A DNA stretch of 57,621 nucleotides, filler included, from Blastocystis sp. subtype 4 (Eukaryota), in the NCBI RefSeq assembly GCF_000743755.1. It is 2 parts of 2 records of this genome, joined end to end, with 100 filler letters (N's around TTAATTAATTAA, not from the genome) between each part and the next. Parts side by side here need not be neighbours in the genome. Positions count along the whole stretch, not along the records: positions 1 to 28,830 come from NW_014569417.1; 1 more part is not named here. One strand, 5' to 3'. Shown here piece by piece: positions 1 through 11,793 of this stretch. Position 1 is the stretch's first letter. Each line of letters starts with the position of its first letter. The notes below the pieces were generated by a model that worked only from the letters and a program-made list of their open reading frames with translations, did no database searches and was not told the origin of the DNA. The position numbers and the translations under genes are program-made.

Positions 1-597
1 GATAGCATCGTGTTCAGTCACTAGAGAAGATAACCGGTACATATCCAATGTGTAGTCAGCTCCCAATTGATAGTCCGTTCCCGTTACGAATTTCAGTTTT
101 TCAAGAGGAATCCCAAGAGATCGGAGCATTCCCTTGATCACACGGATATAGTACTCTGTTCGAGATGAAAGCAATTCCCAAGTTGACTTCATGTTATCCA
201 AATAGGCATGAAGGTTGGCAAATAGAATGGTCACCTATTGGAAAATAAGATGAACAGTCCCTACCTCACATCCAGCAATCAAGAAGTCGCCAATCTTGCT
301 CATAGGCACGAAGTAACCGATATGAGGACGACCAGTAGGACTTGTTCCCCAATAGATCTTGAGTTGAACAGATTCAGTATAATTTACCTTCAAATCACGC
401 GTCTTCAGAATCTCCTTGATTTCTTCGGCTCCATCCACTTCCTAATCACTAAACATATATTCAACAAAACAAACTTGGAGGTTCCGAGTGATAATTTCGA
501 ACTTTTCCTCTGGTGTTAGCTTTCGGGACAAATCGATGTTTCCTATTCATCAATGCAAAGGAGTGTATTTACTTGATACTGTAGACTTTCCTTCCAT
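1..597 (-). CDS. YARS1: Cytosolic tyrosyl-tRNA synthetase, 5' part (runs off window)
   Basis: Spliced translation gives [16 protein letters not shown]...[18 protein letters not shown]...[14 protein letters not shown]; ~30-nt GT-AG introns; ATG at 597. Confidence 0.93.
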
Positions 598-733
598 TAG
601 ATAAAGAAATAATGAAAGGTATACCCAATTACAACTTTGGAGTGCGAACGATATTTTCCTGGAAACTTCTTATCATGTAGATTCTCCAATTATCCATTCT
701 TCAATGAATTCTATTAGAAAACATGAATAGTAA

Positions 734-3700
734 CTAAAGTATAAAAATATACTCGTTCGATAATTGTTTCAACCGCAGTAACTCCTCAGTATCTTCTCCT
801 TCCCAATACCCTAGCATAACATTGACAACTTCCATGAGGAAGGATCCTTGATTCAACGAAGGGAATCTACCTTACAATCTCATTCCAAACCTACATGCGT
901 TGAAATGTGTCAGAATAATAGATTTCCAACACAGTAACGATAAACTGTGTCAAATTCGTGATTTGCTCCTTTCCTTCCATTTCCACTTCATGCCATAAAT
1001 TCAATAGAAAATGAGAAAACCCATCATTGGATAGGAGTTGTGGCTTGATCAAATAGAGTAGATAGATGGCTAAGGCACGTTGCTTGTAAGAATCATTCAA
1101 AGCTCGAATGGTTGCCTTGTTAATGGTATGATAACACAATGGCTTTGAATCATTAGAATCAGTCAAATCTACTTCACTCAAAGGGATTCTCAAGGAATGA
1201 AGACGAAGAGTAATTCGACATAGTTCCTTCATTAACTGTCCTAATTGATCATTCTTAGGGAAATAAATGATTGTATCAGATAACAGAGACGGAATCATAG
1301 AAACCAAAGTCTGAAGACTAGAATGATCTCCTGTGGAATTCTAATTATCATTGAGGATACTTAACATACAGGGAGATTACTATAAATAGACTTCAAACAC
1401 ATGATACATGTAGACAAACCATTATTCACACTACTGTCAAAATTCATTCCAAATTCTACAATTCCAAAAATCGCTTTTCATAAAACAATGCATAACACTG
1501 TTGTTGCAAATACTGATAGTCATCCACTATCTCTCACCATTCCTATTCAATCCTACAAATCTCTTTCAATAATTGTCGAATATGAACAATCAATTGAAGT
1601 GAAGCCTGAATACCAATAGAATGATGAGAATTTGCGTTAAATTCAGCAATATGTTTGGCAATTTCCGTCTTTGTATATCGTTCGTGTATTAGAATCAGAT
1701 TCCTCTGCTTTCGACCTTCCTCAAACTATTTCTCATTCAAATTGTTATGTCAAACGATTCGAGCTATCTTCTGGTGAATGATATCTCGTAAGATCGCATA
1801 TCGTTCTTTCAGAATGATCAAATGAATCACATGTTGAGTCCATGATTCTCCACGACTCTCTACTCCTAATAAGATTCATTCCATTCTTACGAAAATATGA
1901 GAGAGTGAGCAAAGAGGTGCTTCCTTCTTCACATACACGTTTGCTCACACTCTCACTCACATTCTTAAGAATGATGGATTCGACATGAGTTTGCAAAACC
2001 TGGAAATTCGTCTCAACATTTGGAATTGTTGGATCAAATGATTCTTTCTCTTCATAAAGAGTCGACACAAATTCCTCATATTTTGGGTATTCCTGTTTCA
2101 TGATCGAATTTATGTTTTCAATGGTAATGGTCTTGCCTTCTTGTTGAAGAAGGAATACTGTCAGCATTCGAAGGAATTCGTATTCCTGAGAATGTTGACT
2201 GGCAAATGAAGCTAAGAGATTCTGACTGCGATTCTCCATCATGAAATAGAGAGGGTCTCCATTCTTAGAGATATCTCCGACCAGATTCACATCACGAGGT
2301 CGAATCTTACGTGTGGAATTTGGTATAACATTCCCACGGGGATTATCGAGAATGGAAACAGTGGAACTAGAAGTTGTAAGAAGGTCTCCGAAAGCTTCAG
2401 AAAAGGACTGAAGAAGGAATAGGAGAGAACGAGAAGTCAAGAAGGAAGGAGTGACTGCTTCTGGAATCGACAAAATAGGAAGGAAATCCGAAGATGAAAC
2501 TCCTGTCAACTGAAAGATCTCCTCGGTGAGAACCTGAATCACCAGATCATGAACCTCCAGTGAACCCTTGATAGACAAGTAATACTTGGTAATACAAGAC
2601 AGAGCTTGGGAGAGCGATGCAGTCTGTTTTATCATTCCTGGAGTAGTAAAACAGAAATACTGACTAATCCACAGAAGAAATAGAGAATATGAATCCGAAT
2701 TCCAGGCTATTTCTGCCATTCCAATAATATCCATGGTTTGTCTACATGATTATTCAATGAAGAGAATACGGAATGAAGAATGAATTGACAGGCAGCAGAT
2801 GGCTTTCTGATCCCAACTGTGAGATTGACCAGAATGGTGAGAATGTAATGAATCCCAGCAACTTGGCAGCCAGTCGTTGAAAGGCAACACGATGGAGCAA
2901 ATGAGATGAGTCCTGCTTTGAGAAGAGAGAGTGCTGAAGAGTAATCACCGAAGTCAACTCACTAGCAAGATAGAGTGGAATAAGGCTATCACCACTGTAA
3001 TACACAAAGAAGGCAAAAAAACCTTGCTTTTCTGGAAATACAAGATTCATACAATCTTCCACCTCCTTCAGATTCTTCAAAGAGACAACTGTCTCTCGTC
3101 GCATACGCAATAGAACACTTTGAAGACGGAGAGAATCTTCTTCAGAGGGAGTGGTTTTCAATATCTCTAATGCTGAAGGAAGAGTAAACTGAAAGAGTTC
3201 TTCGAGAAGTAAATGGGCAATAAACGGCATATTTTCTGGACCTGCAATACTGCCTAATTTGGTCTTGATTTCAATTTTCATTCGTTCCTTCAGTTGCTCC
3301 AGTTCTTTCATACTAACACTTCTAACACAATCCTAATCATGATATACTGTTCCAAGACTTACATCATAAGCACGGGACAATCCTAAGATCCAATCCATAG
3401 TCTTTTGTCGACTGATGAAGATCAATTGTTCTTGAGGAGAAATGAATGACAATTTCGACTCAGTAGATAGTCGTTGCAAATGAAATTGGTCTGCAGAACA
3501 AGGAGTAAAAACTAGATTAGAAGGAATTAGAGATGCTACAGTCAGGAGGAAAGGAATCTGATGATGGGAGAGATGGCAGAAGTTCAGGAAGGAATTGGGC
3601 AACGACATGGAGATGTTGAAGACTATCAATTATGGATGGCTAGGGAATCAGAATGAAGGTGTTAATGTTACCGGAAGAATAGAAGTCATGTTTCGAATCA

Positions 3701-4876
3701 TGGTCAGAGATTGAACAGCGAATTGAAACACATTGACAGGTTGGAGAAACAGAGGTTCAGTCACTAGGAATCAAAAAAGACTCGTTTAAATACATTTCGG
3801 GAGGGATCGCCAGGGTTCAAAGGAAGCAAGCCATCGATCATGAGCATAGGTAATGAAGAGACCGCATTGAAGTAATTTGAGAAGAAGATCAAGCTGGGAA
3901 AGAAGGGACCGTGAGAAGGGACTGAACGTGATGGCTGAATAGAGAAGGGAGATGCGATTGATGGATGGAAGAATGAGAAATTGATCTGGATTGACGGGTG
4001 TCACTGATATGATCTCTTCTTCACTCTCGTTACAACGGTGATTACTAAGAGAGAATCGACATGGAGAAATCGAAAGTGGTTGGCTGGAGTGAACAGGTGT
4101 CGATGGAGCTTTGGGAGGAGTTGAAGGGGGATTAGTAGGTGTAACAGTGAATTGAGAAGGAGTGCTAGAGACAAGAGAGGGTTGATAGGATGATCGAACA
4201 CGACGAGGAGGTGTGGAAGGAGCTGGAGTGGAAAAAGCTGGAATAGAATCACCTTTTAGACCTTGATCCATTCGATGGGATAATTCGATCATACGTTCCG
4301 AAGAACACTCCATAAGTAGAGGAGAAGAAGCAGAGGAAAACGAACTCTTCGGGATAAACGGCATACTCGATACAGATCTAGAAGATTAAAAAGAAATACT
4401 AGTTAGACAAAGAAGAAGGACGGATCTTGCGAAGAGGAACATCCTTCTTGGTTTCCTTCACTAACTGTTTTTGCAGAGAATAGTATCGGTTCTACAAATA
4501 AATATTATAATCCTATTCCCACCAATTCTCGAGAATGAACTCCATACACAGCCTCTGTATCCTGTCGAATGTTCCTGATTATAACATCACATAACTATAA
4601 CTAAAAAGAGGATGTATTCAACACATCTTGTAGCATTGTGGGATTCTGGATAATGTAACTGATACTATATTCCTTGGATCCTTCGAGGTCTGAAGGACAG
4701 TTCTGATGAAGATATGTCCTCTAGAATCAAGTTCCAGCAAAAGCACAAACCAGAGGCTCAGAAACGACAACTGCGTCACAAAACTCCCAGATATCGAGAT
4801 TACCTGTAAGCAAATCTCGATAAATACTGTCATAGCTGCGAATGCGATCGAGCTTACGAGGACTTACAAAATTCAT
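734..4876 (-). CDS. Codanin-1-like protein, multi-exon
   Basis: Chain of minus-strand ORFs joined by ~30-nt introns from MNFVSPRK (4876). S/P-rich linker; RLAAKLLGFITFSPF, RKIRP and NLLASFASQH resemble codanin-1 motifs. TAG at 734-736. Confidence 0.55.
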
Positions 4877-5003
4877 CACAACGATGTTTCAAGGTTAGTA
4901 AGTCACTCAAATGAGAAAACTACAAGTTCCTGATAATGTGATTTGTTGTTCAAGTATTGTTAGTTTCAAAATGGTGTTAGTCACTCGTTAAGTCTTCAAG
5001 AAA

Positions 5004-5314
5004 ATGAGTCTCCTTAGTTTCTGGTGTGTCTGGAAAATGGTTATTAGGTCAGTATGACAAAAAAGGGCCCAAAAAGAAGGCTCAATTATGGAATCACTTT
5101 TTCTACTATGTTGTGTATCCTTCAGGTAGGATTATGTCTAAATATGGGAGATGCCATCTATACTGCCCATTTAGAACTCTTTCTAGACAGGGAAACAAGG
5201 ATGGCTAAAGACAGATGAAACTCTATGAATGGAGCTGTTGATAACTCCAAGCGATGAGATTGCATCAATACTCATGGTTTGTAGGTGTAGTTAGGTTGTT
5301 TGCGCTTTCTATCA
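5004..5314 (+). CDS. Possible small unannotated gene; exon structure unresolved
   Basis: ATG at 5004, a plausible 31-nt intron, then QYDKKGPKKKAQLWNHFFYYVVYP; a perfect TGTTTGTT at 5319-5326 implies a plus-strand transcript ending near 5314. Confidence 0.3.
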
Positions 5315-5389
5315 GTTCTGTTTGTTGGTAATCACTCAACCCAAGACACAAAGGACACAGATGCAATTCCTCAAATAATTGTGGAATTG

Positions 5390-6803
5390 ATGGTAGAAAC
5401 AGTTTACCTTGGCCTTATCGGATGTGGAACAGTTGGTGGAGGTAGTCATGTGCTTTGAGATTGAGAATGCAGGTGTTTATGAAATCTTGAAGAAACAACA
5501 GGATCAGTTTTTGCAACGATATGGAAAGGAATATATCGTCAAAACAGTAAGATTGATAAGATTCTTGAATTGCAGATCTGTGTGAAACATGTGGATAAGA
5601 AAAGAGATGTGGAAATTGATCCAACGACTAAAATTGTGGACGATTACATGAGTAATTCGTTGCTTTACCTCATGAGTCTAGTCATTTTGGACGATCCTGA
5701 TATTTCAATTGTTATCGAACTCATTGGAGGAACTACAGATGCTTGGACGATTATGCAAGAGTGTTTTAAGCGTGGAAAGCACATCATTACATATCCAGAA
5801 ACAGAACTAATCGAAGGGTCCTTTATTGAACTGGAAACAAAGCCTTGCTATCGAATCGGATGAATGATATTGAGAATCTGTTGAAGTCATATCCAACGGT
5901 TCATCTTGGTTTCGAAGCAACCGTCGGTGGAGGAACGCCAATCCTTCACACCCTTCAAACATACTATAACTCGGATGATATTCAAGTTATTAAGGGCATC
6001 ATGAATGGATCAACGAATTTTATTCTTAGTAAGTTGTTATTAGAAGGAAGATCCTATAAGCAAGTATATGAGGAAGCAACACGATTGGGTTACTTGGAAG
6101 GTAAATGAATCTTGCAATGTTGATTGCTAGGTGATCCAAGTTATGATATTGAAGGAAAGGATGCTAGAAGCAAGCTAATGATTTTAAATCGATTGGCATT
6201 CGGAGTGTAACTGTAGTTGGAATTTGTAAGGAATAGGGTTTCAGAAGAAGATAATATTGTTAGTATTGGTATTGATGCTATTACAGGTGATGAGATGAAA
6301 TATTGGAATAGTCGTGGATATGTTATAAAACTACTTGGATATTCTTCAAAACAAGAAGATGGTTCTATTTCCAGTTGTGTAATTCCAGTAGTAGTATGAT
6401 AGTATTTTGATGTAGACATTGATTCCTCAGAGTAATTCTCTGGCTGGTATTCATTATGCAAATAACATTATTCAGATTTCTAGCCGGGATATGGAAGAAG
6501 TATCAGTGATTGGATCAGTTGGATAAGGAGGGTTGAATAAGTGATAGGGAGCAGGAAGATATCCAACAGCAAATTCAGTAATAACAGATCTTCTCTATAT
6601 CAGCAATCATGAGTTTGTGAATGCAGCTGTGTGGCCAGCACGACAAGACCGCAAAGTCCATTCATCAGTTCGAGGTACATTCTTGTTTCGAGTTGGTGTG
6701 GAACTAACAACTCTGGAAGATACAACACTTGATGAAGCGATGGCTCAACGAGATGCCTTATTAAATGGTTCATCTAACAAAGCTATGTTTATGATGCGAC
6801 TGT
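5390..6803 (+). CDS. hom: Homoserine dehydrogenase, monofunctional bacterial type; stop probably made by polyadenylation
   Basis: GLIGCGTVGGGV, VIELIGG, KHIIT|GNKALL, FEATVGGGTPI, GIMNGSTNFIL, GDPSYDIEGKDA, GAGRYPTANSV; ends CTG T|ATTC TGTTTGTA. Confidence 0.92.
5791..5831 (+). other. AT-AC (U12-type) intron, 41 nt
   Basis: ATATCCAG...GTCCTTTATTGAAC; removing it restores the frame and the motif KHIIT-GNKALL; no GT-AG alternative seen. Confidence 0.85.
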
Positions 6804-6807
6804 ATTC

Positions 6808-6822
6808 TGTTTGTAACAAACA
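6808..6822. terminator. Bidirectional GU-rich polyadenylation element
   Basis: TGTTTGT-A-ACAAACA, perfect inverted repeat between convergent hom and PARN; each half is 4 nt from an in-frame T. Confidence 0.85.
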
Positions 6823-6826
6823 TCAC

Positions 6827-9069
6827 AATATATCGAACAACTCTTAGATGATCCATTTCTATGGATACGAGTGATACGATAACGTTTGCTTTCATAGACC
6901 ACTGTGTCTTCTGTCTATTCATCATTCTCTCATAATCATTATTACAGGGGAAGCACGTTTCATTGAAATCTTAGTGGGTTCAGTCACTTTCACTCCACAA
7001 ATACGTTCATACTCATCAAAGTGACTCAATTTGAATTGATAGAATGGAATCTTCAATGACTCAGAATTCATTACTTGACTCACATCAACCTCTTCTAATC
7101 ATTATTCGTTCTTCTCATTCTCACTCTTTCCTTGTTCCCATAATTGGTATCCAGCTTCACATGAATTTGATGAAGGGAACTTCAACAGACAATATGAATC
7201 ATTAACCCATATGACTTGTAGTTTCTCATCTCCAATCAACACATCACGGAAGCTGTTCAACCAATGGACTGTCTTTGTTTCCTACTCTCAATCCTATCAA
7301 CCATACCTACTAGTGGGAACTCACTTGCAAGCAATACTGTACTCATGGACGTCTCCTGTAATTCCTTCTGACGTTGCTCATAGAGATCCTCACGAAGAGG
7401 TAAACCATAGGGAATGGTGTACATATTCACAGTATTCATTTCAGCTTGGAATTGAGCAGGGACCTTGACTAACGAATTCTTGACAAAATCTTGAGGAAGA
7501 TCGGAATTCCAGAAGTTGTCCAAATGACTCAATTCTACAAATCACAGCGGAATACACATATCAACCTTGTGTATTCAGTCCCAGCACGGTTGCAATGCGT
7601 AAAAGAACATCTCCTGTCATGTATGCATCATAGCCTGCATCATGAGCCTGCTTGTTTTCTGCACTGAGTTGTTGAACTGTAGGAGGGGTTGATAACTGCA
7701 TCTATTGTGAAGAGATGAAAGAATGATTACTGCTTTGTAGACATTCTCGAGCGAAAGAGAGTCAGGAAGCATATCAAGAAGTGATTTAAGACGAAGAATG
7801 TTCTAGAATTACAGCGCAACGACACATGTACTCGAACATCTACAATGAGAGGAAAATCGGTTCGAAGTCGACGTAAGAATTCCGAACATGTTTCAGGAAG
7901 TTTATCAATACACCAATGGTAGAGAAACATGATATCATTCATCATCTCGAAACCAATGAGAGGTAAATGCTTTCCAGAAATCAACTCAAGAACACGACGA
8001 ATTCCAACAAGTTTTGTAACTTCTTGAACTCGAAGTTCCTGTACTCCCATCTTTGTAGTATTCTGATCTTCTGTAGAAGAGTTGAAGATGACACGAAGAC
8101 GACGTGAACTCTTTTTACACTCCTAAAAATGAAATATAACACATATTCAGACTTGGTTATCTTCATCGAGTTTTACAACGGTTAACAGGCTTCCATAGGT
8201 TTGTTCAACTTCTTGATAAATTAGACGACGATAGTATGCGTTCACAGGATCCAAGACAAGATAATACTTTCCATCTCGTTGGGGCAACGCCTGACGCTCT
8301 TCATCGGAACCTTTTTGAATGACGTCCAGCCAATTCTGGATCTAGAGATCAAACATCCAAGATGATCATGTACGCGATCAATAACAACCTTCAGAGTCTT
8401 CACATTGGAGTGAGTAACTTCAATCTTATCGTCAGGACTCGTGTGTGTCTTTGTATTTGCGATCTCATCAAGAAGGCGCTTCTCATCGTCACGACGAAGC
8501 GAAGAGATTCCATGAATGAAACTCTTATTAAAATCGAAGTGGTTTGATTTTAAAAAGGCAATTGTACCAGGCTACGATTGAAACGATTCAAAGAAGAGTA
8601 CACGAATAGAGATTACTTCATCTAGACTGCTGTGAGAGTATGGACTCAGATAGAAGACAAAAACCGTTGCATCCCATCTACACATTACTAAGAGAGAACT
8701 CAACCACCTTGATTCTTTCTCATTAAACTTGAAACAACTCAGACCAAGCTACATATCAACAGAATAAGACAACAAGAACTTGAAGAGGAAAGAATGATTC
8801 AACTCTATACATCAAGAGCAAGTGAACAAACCTACCCTTGCTTCATCTTTGCATATCGCGTCTCAAACTAGTCGTAAATGAACGAATGAACTGTTCACAG
8901 TGTCTACAGAAACCGCCTTATGACTCGATTTCATTTCCAGACCAGTAAACTCCATATCCATAGCCGCAAAAGCACTCTCAAAAATCACCTTCTGAATGTG
9001 TGGGAATTCTGCTTCGAAATTCTCATCCGTAACTTCAATAACTGCTCCCGTCGATGCTACCTCCGTCAT
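6827..9069 (-). CDS. PARN: Poly(A)-specific ribonuclease PARN-like (CAF1/DEDD, R3H-like, RRM-like); stop probably made by polyadenylation
   Basis: VTDENF...AMDMEFTGL, HDAGYDAYMTG, VNAYYRRLIYQ; ends SCSIY then T|GTGA TGTTTGTT. Confidence 0.85.
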
Positions 9070-9236
9070 ATGTATGAATCTATAAGAATAAAATCAGCGC
9101 TAGCAACGGGGATTCCAAGATTCTACGGTCTTCTCTTTCTAGGTTTTCATCTGGCGATTGTTCCTTAATTATCAACCGTAGGATTTGGATAGTAGGGTAG
9201 ATTGATTTGATAGAGCTTTATTTTGCAAATATTGAA

Positions 9237-10279
9237 ATGGAGGCTGTGCTGAAGTCTTTTGGAAAGATGTGCAAAGGCATGGGAAAGGCCATTGATCGAT
9301 GGGGTGTATCAATGGAGGGACGATGTGCTGTGAAGGAAGAGCGTATTTAATTGTTCATAGCTGTCTCATTATCTAGTTCTTCCTTCCTCTCGTGTTTTGA
9401 AGTATGGAGTTGGCACTCCTTGTACTTCGAATGCAGCATATGTTGCCACCTCAGCAACTATCTCGGGCGACGTGTCCCTGGGAAACAACACTTCTATCGG
9501 TTATGGAGCTGTTTTGAGAGGTAGAAATCCACTTTAGAAGAGTAACTGAATAGCTGATTTAGCTGGAATAAAGATTGGAGACCAGAGTCATATTAAGGAT
9601 AATGTGGTCATTCATGTTGACTACTCGTTACCAACAGTGATCGGAAACAATACTGTGATCGGTAGAGACTTTTCTATGATGTAATGTGATAGACAACGGA
9701 GCCATCATTCATGCCTGCACAATCGATGACAACTGTCTGATTGGTGAAGGTGTTACTGTTCTCGATGGAGCTCATATCTGTGAAGGTGCAGCTATTGTTC
9801 CTGGCTCTGTAGTAACTCCACGCAAGACTGTCGGAATGGGTGAAGTGTGGGCAGGAATCCCTGCTCGTAAGGTGCGTGATCTGACTGCAGCTGAGAAGGC
9901 AGAGATCCAACAGTTATGTGTATCTCTTTCAGAGGTCATTGTAGAATGAAGGATTGATGAGTAGACTGCTCAGAAGCATGCTACAGAGACGAATAAGTCG
10001 TATGAGGATCTGTTAGTGGATGCAGCTGATGCTGAAGACAAGCGTATTCGTGATATCACCTATGCCTACAATCCGAATCCCAACACTGTCCATCCTGAAC
10101 GTCGTGGTCTCATCTATGATCGTCTGCCTCCTGAGTTCGATGACGAGGATGACACTCCTGCTGTGGTGCCTCGTCCAGATGCCCGTGAACTGCAGGATTT
10201 GACGTATGATGTGGTGAGTGTGGATGAGGAGGAATTTGCCAAGTTGCCTCACCTTCCTGACCATGAATTGAAGCATTAA
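9237..10279 (+). CDS. Gamma carbonic anhydrase-like protein (complex I accessory type)
   Basis: GKAIDRWG...SATISGDVSLGNNTSIGYGAVLR; hexapeptide repeats AIIHACTIDDNCLIG; GEVWAGIPARKVRDLT. Confidence 0.88.
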
Positions 10280-10312
10280 GTATAAAGCAACATAATTCAT
10301 TTATTGTTCTGC

Positions 10313-10327
10313 TGTTTGTTACAAACA
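10313..10327. terminator. Bidirectional GU-rich polyadenylation element
   Basis: TGTTTGT-T-ACAAACA between convergent gamma-CA and CDF genes. Confidence 0.85.
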
Positions 10328-10331
10328 TGAG

Positions 10332-11708
10332 AATGCTCTTCTTCAAAGTCAATGACAACCGATTGCATATTGTGAATTTCGTGTAAATGACGTTTCATTG
10401 CTTCTTTTACGTCCAAGACCTGTTTTAATGTCACAGAATCATCAATGTGGAGTTCAACAACAGTATGACTACAGTTCATTATTCTCCTCCAATTCTACAT
10501 GTGAGGACCAGCTTTTCTGGCTAGAATATTCTTGATACGGATGTGTTGAGCAATATCTCCTTCCAAGGCTTCTGATGCTTCTTCTTTGATAGTCGCTAAA
10601 CTCTTATCATCGACAGATAGCTATTCGTCATCTCTCTTTATGAATCACACATCCATCAATTCCTTGAACGAATCCCATCCCACAGTGACTCCAGTCTTCA
10701 ACACTACAAAGCCGACAGCAGCTCCTGCTACTGGATCTAACCAGGGAATACCAATGAACTACCTATCATTCTTCATGTCAAATCCAACTCTACCAGAGAG
10801 ACCCACCAATGCAACGATTGCTGTAAGTGCATCGACTCGGTGATGCCATGCATTTGCCTTCAACACACTACTATCAGTTTTACGAGCGATCTTCATAGTA
10901 GCTTGGAAAAACCATTCTTTTAGCCCAACAGAAGCAAGAAGAATGCCAACACCCAACGAATCAAGTAGTTTGCTGTTGGAGAGAACCAAGCTGGTACCAT
11001 GAGAATGAGCAACACCAGCAGCATGAACAACTTCAGGATGAGCAAGATATATTGAAGAAAAGACATCCCAAGCGTATTAGTTAAGGGTTCTACTACAATA
11101 GTGGCAAAGATATTTGTCCAAGAACTGCTACTGATGTTCCAACCAGGATTCCCGAAACTACAAGGCTTGAAACCTATGCATTATGGAAACCACTCTCTTT
11201 CACTGTTTCCAATTTTCCATATCCATATATCCACCGTTTATTTGGTGGTCGACGACTGAAACTCACGGTTCCTAAAGTGACAAAGTCTGAAATCATATCA
11301 GACAGAGAATGGACGGCCTATTCAAGTGAAATCCATCGTGTGTATGTACTTCAGCAAGAACTGAAGCAGAATTCATGGCATAACCTAACACAGCCTTCGT
11401 TGCTGTTAGAACCACGTTTAAACCCAAACCCCAATATGTAATTCGTTTCATTTCTTTGGTCTGCATAATTGGATCGTCTGCTGCACCTCCATGATCTCCG
11501 TGAAAACGCTTCGATCTCTTTACAATCACGTAGAACGTAACACACATACGGGTGTGCATGGCGAATTGAATCGCTGTTGCGAGTATGATCCCGCATGAGA
11601 GAACGGATGATTTGAGTAGAATCGCTTTGTCCCGCTGGTAACGACAAGGACCAATGTCCTTTGTGCTAGTGGCTTCGACAGGGAAGTGAAATGGACCCTG
11701 GACAACAT
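10332..11708 (-). CDS. Cation diffusion facilitator (MMT/MTP-like) metal transporter with predicted mitochondrial presequence; stop probably made by polyadenylation
   Basis: Presequence MLSRVHF...KRFYS; RITYWGLGLNV, IYGYGKLET, VLKANAWHHRVD, WLDPVAG; ends EEEH then T|CTCA TGTTTGTA. Confidence 0.88.
11074..11113 (-). other. AT-AC (U12-type) intron, 40 nt
   Basis: Minus strand ATATCTTTG...AACCCTTAACTAATAC with a canonical CCTTAAC branch site; joins VLGQ to AWDV in frame. Confidence 0.92.
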
Positions 11709-11793
11709 TATTGTAAGATTTGATATGACCGAAAAAACAAGAGTATTTTTTGTCATCCAACAAAATCTGCAGTATTATTGGACTTTAGCAACG

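Noticed and set aside
1331..1360. GT-AG intron starting GTATCCTC in the codanin-like gene as U12-type
   Set aside because: About 30 nt long like the U2 class, with no CCTTAAC-like branch site
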